Below the pieces are notes generated by a model. That model was not told the origin of the DNA. It worked only from the letters and a program-made list of their open reading frames with translations, and searched no databases. A DNA stretch of 62,725 nt, counting the filler, from Chrysochromulina tobinii (taxonomy: Eukaryota), in assembly GCA_001275005.1 (NCBI GenBank). It is 5 parts of 5 records of this genome, joined end to end, with 100 filler letters (N's around TTAATTAATTAA, not from the genome) between each part and the next. Parts side by side here need not be neighbours in the genome. Positions count along the whole stretch, not along the records: positions 59,372 to 62,725 come from JWZX01001324.1; 4 more parts are not named here. The stretch is one strand, 5' to 3'. Both the position numbers and the translations under genes were made by a program. Shown here one piece after another: positions 62,301 to 62,725 of this stretch; position 1 is the stretch's first letter, and each line of letters begins with the position of its first letter.

Positions 62301-62725
62301 GCTCTGCTCCGCCGGTGACCAGGTCAAGCGCATCCAGATCGCGAGGGGCGTTGAGGACTATGCGGCCACGCACGCGACGATCTCGGACAACCTGCAATTC
62401 AAGCTCATGCTCTCGACGGCAACCCTCGGCGATGTTCAAGACGAGCAGGGACGCCGCGTCCTCCCTTGGCGAGATGGCCAAGACGAGCAAGCGCAAGCGG
62501 CCACACTGCGGGAGCTGATGGCCAAGGACCCAAAGCTCCGCCGCGTCCCGAACGACGTCACGTCCACGGACTTCAAGAACGCGTATCCGAAGGCCGCACG
62601 CCTCCGTGATGTTGGCTTCATGGAAACCTACGAACCAATGTACGACGATGAGGGCGACCAGCTCTGCTACAAGCTCGGCGCCCCGATCTGGGGAGAAGCT
62701 GCTGCGGGCAACGAGTGGGAGCAGG
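59374..62725 (+). mobile_element. Ty1/copia LTR-retrotransposon pol polyprotein (protease-integrase-RT), open at both ends
   Basis: Hand translation from 59374: protease VQIDGGANTNLF (~59926) and RRDLLG; integrase HTFQVDGFG..WLIIDAVSDY, KVLIFDACP, HNRIPKME; RT KFKSRLCSAGDQ, STDFKNAY, CYKLGAPIWGEAAAGNEW. INT-before-RT order defines copia. No LTR visible. Confidence 0.88.

Noticed and set aside
61165..62496. 443-aa - strand ORF
   Set aside because: Antisense to copia pol; no motifs.
59374..62725. Copia element as the enzyme source for the new introns
   Set aside because: Unlinked contig, no shared sequence seen, and copia integrases make short fixed TSDs rather than 6-30 nt.
1..62725. tRNA/rRNA genes
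   Set aside because: None recognised by eye; a covariance-model search would be needed to exclude them.

Overview
High-GC eukaryotic sequence, most likely a haptophyte alga (Chrysochromulina/Prymnesiophyceae-like; inferred from gene content and intron style, not from a search). It is five contigs joined by artificial N-TTAATTAATTAA-N linkers (16217-16316, 41071-41170, 56932-57031, 59272-59371), so adjacency across linkers means nothing. Contig 1 has a TM-HET-like-LRR gene and the 3' 11.8 kb of a multi-exon, AT-less PKS-NRPS (ACP-KS-ACP-C-PCP-Cy-A(Cys-type)-PCP-TE). The most striking signal is its introns. About 16 are built from short tandem repeats (mostly 10-nt, TGAT-containing) and/or a few shared 3' cassettes, and many are bracketed by 6-30 nt duplications of the neighbouring exon, which suggests an intron-generating insertion process. 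Contigs 2-3 hold mostly housekeeping genes (POFUT-like, TMEM18, WD40, GT8, KMO-like, NCX, CBP/p300, J-protein, SAMTOR/BMT2-like, cyclin, ALB3, DUF1499, LRR). They also hold a deaminase whose HxE and PCxxC motifs lie in different frames. Contig 4 is a partial coiled-coil ORF. Contig 5 is a Ty1/copia pol ORF (absent from the ORF track) with candidate F-box-like and Tudor-like extra domains. All family calls come from motif recognition by eye.
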